Below are positions 54,862 through 64,000 of a stretch of DNA of 64,000 nt, piece after piece (within the stretch, counting starts at the first letter, position 1; each line of letters begins with the position of its first letter). The position numbers were made by a program, and so were the translations under genes. The notes beneath the pieces were generated by a model. That model was not told where the DNA came from. It ran no database searches and saw nothing but the letters and a program-made list of their open reading frames with translations. Source of the DNA: the human T2T-CHM13v2.0 reference genome, Homo sapiens; assembly GCF_009914755.1 (NCBI RefSeq), contig NC_060931.1; one strand, given 5' to 3'.

Positions 54862-55510
54862 TAAAGGAAATAATGTATACAGTGGTCCATTTCCAAGACA
54901 AAGTGCCTTAAATCAGATTAGGTCAGCAAACTACAGAAGAAACAGGGTATACACGGCTCAGCATGGTGACTCACGCCTGCAATCCCAGCACTTTGGGAGG
55001 CCAAGGCGGGTGGATCATGAGGTCAGGAGATCAAGACCATCCTGGCTAACACGGTGAAACCCCGTATCTACTAAAAATACAAAGAAAAATAGCTGGGCGT
55101 GGTGGCGGGCGCATGTAATCCAAGCTACTCAGTAGGCTGAGGGAGGAGAATGGCAAGAACCTGGGAGGCAGAGGTTGCAGTGAGTCGAGATTGCGCCACT
55201 GCACTCCCACCTGGGCGACAGAGCAAGACTCCATCTTAAAAAAACAAACAAAAAAGACACCTAAAGCCCCTATCCAACAACCAATAGGTGACATCCAGGA
55301 AGATTGTGACCCCATAGTACTCAGCCTATGTATGAGGAAGCGGGAGGGACCTGCACACAAGAGGATAAATTGCTTGTTGAAACTGTTATGAGTGTGCCTG
55401 CCTATCAGACACCCAATCCTGCAAGACCATCGTTAAAAGTCTTACTTTCGCTGTTCTCTGGGTATCTGAGTCCATTCTTTGTGTTTGGACAGGTGAGTTT
55501 GTTTCTGACA
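54862..55510 (+). mobile_element. ERV1-class solo LTR (LTR15-like) inserted in an Alu and containing an AluY (~54955-55255)
   Basis: Ends in ...tctgaca. 5-bp TSD ctggg at 54857-54861 and 55511-55515 within Alu sequence attagctggg|catggtgg. Confidence 0.65.
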
Positions 55511-56414
55511 CTGGGCATGGTGGTGCAACCTCCACCTCCCAGGTTCAAGTGATTCTCCCTTCTTCAGCCTCCCGAGTAGCTGGGACTACAGGCACCCGCC
55601 ACCATGCCCAGCTAATTTTTGTATTTTTAGTAAAGGGGTTTCACCGTGTTGGCCATGCTGGTCTTCAGCTCCTGATCTCAGGTGATCTGCCTGCCTCAGG
55701 CTCCCAAAGTGCTGGGATTACAGGTGTGAGCCACCGCTCCTGGTCCAGTTGTGAAGTCTTATACAGAGTATCAATCAGTCGATGTTATTCCTGGTTTTGA
55801 ATGTATTTGTTTTACTTCAAGAGTAAGTTGCTGGGCACGGTTGATCATGCCTCTAATCCCAGCATTTTGGGAGGCTGAGGCAGGTGGATCACTTGAGGTC
55901 AGGAGTTTGAGACCAGCCTGGCCAACATGGTAAAATGCTGTCTCTACTAAAAATACAAAAATTAACCAGGCACGGTGGTGGGTGCCTGTAATCCCACCTA
56001 CTCGGGAGAGTTTGAGGCAGGAGAATCACTTGAACCCAGGAGGCGGAAGTTGCAGTGAGCTGAGATCATGCCACTGCGCTCCAGCCTGGGGGATAGAGTG
56101 ACACTCTGTCTCCAGGAAAAAAAAAAAGAAGGGAAGTTGTATCTAGAGGAATTAAATGAAATTTGATGCTAAGAGATAAAGGGAGAAAATTGAGAGTGTA
56201 AAAAAGCAACATTTAAAGAGTTTAGCTGGTGTTTTTATCAGAAATAGTGTTTCTTGGACTCTTCTCCATTAAAAAAGTGGCCAGGTATAGTGACTCATTC
56301 CTGTAATCCTAACAATTTGAGAAGCCAAGGCAGGAGAAATTCTTGAGACCAGGAGATCAAGACCCAGCCTGGGCAACATAGCAAAACTCCATTGCTCCAA
56401 AAGGATGTTTTTCA

Positions 56415-56564
<150 letters not shown>

Positions 56565-56755
56565 CTAAAGGAAATTTTAAAGATTGCCCTTGGAATTAAG
56601 ATTAATATGTATTCCCTGTGATTTCCAGGGTATTAAGAAAAAAAAAAAAGGAGGCAGAAAGACAGAGAAGAAGAAAAAGGAAAATTTGAGCAAGAATGGA
56701 AGAAGGGCTGGGTGTGGTGGCTCATGCCTATAATTTCAGCACTTTGGGAGGCCTA

Positions 56756-56983
<228 letters not shown>

Positions 56984-57511
56984 TCAAAAAAAAAAAAAAA
57001 AGTTTTCTGAGCCCGGGTGTAGTGTTTCATGCCTATAATCCCAGCACTTGGGGAGGCTGAGGCAGGCAGATCATTTGAGGTCAGGAGTTTGACACCAGCC
57101 TGGCCAACATGGTGAAATCCCATCTCTACTAAAAAATACAAAAATTAGTTGGGCATGGCAGTGAGTGCCTGTAATCCTAGCTGCTTGGGAGGCTGAGGAA
57201 GGGAGAATCACTTGAACCCGGGAGGTGGAGGTTGCAGTGAGCCGAGATCGCGCCATTGCTCTCCAGCCTGTGTGACGAGTAAAACTCTGTCTCGAAAAAA
57301 AATAAAAATAAGTCAGTAAAATAAATAAAAATACAAAAATTAGCTGGGCATGGTAGTGGGTGCCTGTAATCCCAGCTACTTGGAAGGCTGAGGCAGGAGA
57401 ATCACTTGAACTCAGGAAATGGGAGGTTGCAGTGAGCCAAGATAGCTCCATTGCACTCCAGCCTGGGCAACAAGAGTGAAACTCCGTCTCAAAAAAAAAA
57501 TTTAAAAAAAA

Positions 57512-57540
57512 ATATATATATATAATATATAATATATACT

Positions 57541-57571
<31 letters not shown>
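57512..57571. repeat. (TA)n tract
   Basis: Directly visible. Confidence 0.9.
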
Positions 57572-58221
57572 GTGAGAGAGAGACAGAGAAAGTTTACCTC
57601 TACTTGATGAGCCAAGTCTCTTCAGTGTGTGAAAAATAAATGCTTTTTTTTCCAGCCACCCCAGACCTCTGGGAAAGGACCCTGGAGCTGTGCCCAAGCA
57701 TCCCAGCCTTTGCCCTCAATTGCAAACAGAGTGGAGTGTCTCTTAGCTAAGAAGTTTGTGCTGCTCAAGGGTTTGCACAAATACAAAGTTGAGAAATACT
57801 CCTTGCTGAAAGGGGTGTAAAAGGCAAAGGACAAACCGGTTGTCCTCTGAAGTGGAGACATTTCTATTCTATGTTGGGCTATGATCTTGGAGAATGCAGG
57901 CAAGGAACGAGTTTCGCTGGTTTTTCAGTGAGAGACCCCTTGTAGTAAGAGAGGCTCTTCTCTCTCTACCTGGTGAGTTATTTCACCTCTTTGGTACCCA
58001 TTTCCTCATGTTTAAACTTAGGAGTGAAACCACACGTCCCCTAAGATCCTTTTCTCTTAGCTGTTCTGTGAGTTAATTAATGAGATTTGTTTTCCCATTA
58101 GCATATATCCAAAAAGGTAGTCAGGGTAGGTTTTTCATGTTTCCTGGAACCTTGTAATTGCCCCAAATGAAGTGGGAGTATTTGGAGGAGAAGCCCTTCC
58201 TTGCTTCCTTTATTTCATTTT

Positions 58222-58835
<614 letters not shown>

Positions 58836-59076
58836 TAATTACCTTAATTTTTTGAATATCTTTAGAACTACAGTGGTTTTGTCTTTTGAGGCTAGAGTTG
58901 ATTTCCATAAATAGTCATTTTGAGCCAGGTCTTTTGAATAAAGTGAGTGGTCAGAGATGAAGCCACAACTTTGGCGAAAACAGTTTCCCAAGGATTATGC
59001 CATGAACTCTAAAATGCTGTGTGCCAGTCACTGGGCCACAGTTCACTCCTCTTGCCAAATTCAGAATTGCAAATGA

Positions 59077-59255
<179 letters not shown>

Positions 59256-59267
59256 TAATTTTTGTAC

Positions 59268-59268
59268 T

Positions 59269-59311
<43 letters not shown>

Positions 59312-59313
59312 TT
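59268..59313. repeat. (TTTA)n Alu tail microsatellite
   Basis: Directly visible. Confidence 0.9.
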
Positions 59314-59814
59314 GAGATGGAGTCTTGCCCTGTCACCCTGGCTGGAGTGCAATGGTGCGATCTCAGCTCACTGCAACCTCCACCTCCTGGGTTCAAGTGA
59401 TTCTCCCTGCCTCTGACTCCTGAGTAGCTGGGATTACAAGTGCCCACCACCACACCCGGCTAATTTTTGTATTTTTTGTAAAGACAAGGTTTCACCATGT
59501 TGGCCAGGCTGGTCTCGAACTCCTGATCTCAAGTGATCCGCCTGCCTTGGCCTCCCAAAGTGCTAGGATTAGAGGCATGAGACACTGCACCCGGCCTAAT
59601 TTTTGGACTTTTAGTAGATACGGAGTTTCACCATGTTGGTCAGGCTGGTCTCCAACTCCTGACCTCAAATGATCTGCCTGCCTTGGCCTCCCAAAGTGCT
59701 AGGATTACAGGCATGAGCCATTGTGCCCAGCTGATTTTTTCTGATATCAAAGGAATCACCAAGGTCTTCCCTTTCTTTTGATTCATTTATTTTCTTGGTT
59801 CTGAAATATTTTTT

Positions 59815-59920
59815 AAAATATGGAATGCTTCATGAATTTGTTTGTCATCCTTTCACAGGGACCATGCTTATCTTCTCCATGTCATGCCACCTTTTGTATA
59901 TGTGCTGCCGAAGTGAGCAC
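59815..59920 (-). pseudogene. U6 snRNA retropseudogene
   Basis: Reverse complement reads gtgctcacttcggcagcacatatac...gaagcattccatatttt. TSD tggttctg at 59796-59803 and 59921-59928. ACAGAGA box mutated. Confidence 0.95.
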
Positions 59921-60236
59921 TGGTTCTGGATTGATTGATTGATTTGTTTGTTTGTCTGTTTTTGAGACAGGGTTTCACTGTGTCTTCCAGGCTGGAATAC
60001 TGTGGTATTATCGTGGCTCACTGCAACCTCTGCTCCCCAGGGCTCAAGCAGTCCTCCTGCCTGGGCCTCCCAAAGTGTTGAGATTACAGGCATGAGCCAC
60101 TGTGCCCAGCCTGGAATGTTTAACTGCTGACTTTGATGCCTGGTTTTGGTTGTACTAGACACTCCCACTACTTTTTTCTTTAAAAATTACTGGTTTCTTT
60201 AGCTCCTTAAAAAGATCTTTGGTGTTTTATATATCA

Positions 60237-60371
<135 letters not shown>

Positions 60372-61600
60372 CTAAAAAATTAGCTGGGCACGATGGTGCA
60401 CGCATGTAGTCCCAGCTCTTGGAAGGCTGAGGCAGGAAGATCGCTTAAGCCCAAGAGGGTGAGGCTTTAGTGAGCCATGATCATGTCACTGCAGTCCAGC
60501 TTGGGTGACAGAGTGAGACCCTGTCTCAAAAAAAAAAGAGTAATAATTGCAGAAACATTTTCTATGCTCCAGATTACTTTAAAAATTAGACCTAATCTTG
60601 GCCAGCCATGGTGGCTTATGCCTGTAATCCCAGCACTTTAGGAGACCAAGGCAGGTGGATCACTTGAGGTCAGAAGTTGGAGACCAGTCTGGCCAACATG
60701 ATGAAAGCCTGTGGGTGAAAGTAAAGTTGGGTGCGGTGGCTCTCCCTGGATTCCTTGATGCTTTTAATACCCTGAGTCCTCTACCCCACTCTGAGCCACA
60801 CTGACACTTGTGCACCAAGGTGCGTGGTGTGGCCCCAGTGCCCACAGGATCGCTTGTAAGAACTGCTCCTTCAGCCCCCACCTGTGGCCTTTCCTCCAGG
60901 GTGAAGTCTGGTTCCTGATGTTCACGCCATGCTCCTTCTCACCAGGGTGCACGGGCATCACTGCCTACAAAACATTTGATTGAAACCTGTTCCTCGTGGG
61001 GCCACCTCACCTGTCCAGGATGGCTTTCTCTGAAGTCAGTTCTCCCACCACAGTGGAGGTAAAGAAAATTATGAAAATTGGCCAGGCACGGTGGCTCACG
61101 CCTGTAATTCCAGCACTTTGGGAGGCCGAGTGGGGCAGATCACTCAAGGTCAGGAGTTCGAGACCAGCCTGGCCAACATGGCAAAACCTGGTCTCTAATA
61201 AAAATACAAAAAATTAGTCAGGCATAGTGGTGTGCGCCTGCAATCCCAGCTTCTCAGTAGGCTGAGTCAGAAGAATTGCTTGAGCCTGGGAGGTAGAGGT
61301 TGCAGTGAGCTGAGATCATGTCACTGCACTCCAGCCTGTGCGACAGAGCAAGAGACTCTGCCTCAAAAAAAAAAGAAAAGAAAAGAAAAAGAAAATTATG
61401 AACACTCTCTCTTGAATAGATGGGCATCTCCTGAACAGGGAGGTGCTTGAGGGGAGGTCCTGGCAGGTGGCACAGGGAATCCTGGCAGAACAGCAGCTGG
61501 GACTTCAGTGTATTCAGTGTCTGGACCACAATGGTTCCCTTTGTCACAAGTATCCATCTACATTCACTGACTTATATGGGGGAACCTGGGGAAAAACCAA

Positions 61601-61966
61601 TGATATGGTTTGGCTGTGTCCCCACCCAAATCGCTTCTTTAATTTTAGCTCCCATAATCCCCACATGTTGTGGCAGGGACCCAGTAGGAGGTAATTGAAT
61701 CATGGGAGTGCGTTTTTCCCATGCTGTTCTCATTGATAGTGAATAAGTCTCAGGAGATCTGTTAGTTTTATAAAAGGGCAGTTTCCCTGCACATGCTTTC
61801 TTGCCTGCCACCATGGAAGATGTGCTTTTGGTCTTCCTTTGCCTTTGGTCACAATTGTGAGGCCTCCCCAGCCATGCTGAACAGAGAGTCCATTAAACCT
61901 CTTTCCTTTATAAATTACCCAGTCTCAGGTATGTCTTTGTTAGCAGCGTGAGAACAGACGAATACA
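61601..61966 (+). mobile_element. THE1 (C/D-like) solo LTR
   Basis: tgatatggtttggctgtgtccccacccaaatc...cattaaacctctttcc...aataca. TSD accaa/atcaa. Confidence 0.9.
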
Positions 61967-61974
61967 ATCAACTT

Positions 61975-63868
<1,894 letters not shown>

Positions 63869-64000
63869 AGTGCGTCTGAATTATTCACCCTGGAGAGAAG
63901 AAACTGGTTTAAAAAACGCAGATTTTTTAGTGTCTCCCAGAGCTCTGAATCTAAATCTCTGGATATCTAAACCTCTGGACATGTAATTTTTAACAATTTT

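Overview
Human genomic DNA (it carries a human-specific AluYa8), very Alu-rich, with no intact protein-coding gene. Positions 1-42.5 kb are a mosaic of duplicated modules. They contain three frame-disrupted GTF2I (TFII-I) pseudo-exons with intact splice sites, several non-coding exon candidates (one 65-bp exon present twice), a U6 retrocopy, and a decayed CALM2 processed pseudogene present as one long and two short fragments. The block ends in a ~4.1-kb degenerate ~32-bp tandem array whose unit centres on the inverted repeat GGCCT-N4-AGGCC, followed by a probable AGTAAA poly(A) signal. Together these predict a + strand chimeric GTF2I-pseudogene lncRNA with a repeat-array terminal exon. Positions 42.5-64 kb are intergenic: dense Alus, an L1 3' end, MaLR/ERV LTRs and a second U6 retrocopy. 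From recollection the architecture fits the chr7 (7q11.21-type) GTF2I-pseudogene duplicon family, possibly GTF2IP5; this is unverified and needs BLAT. Repeat subfamily names and reference-gene matches come from recalled consensus sequences, and identity figures are hand counts.
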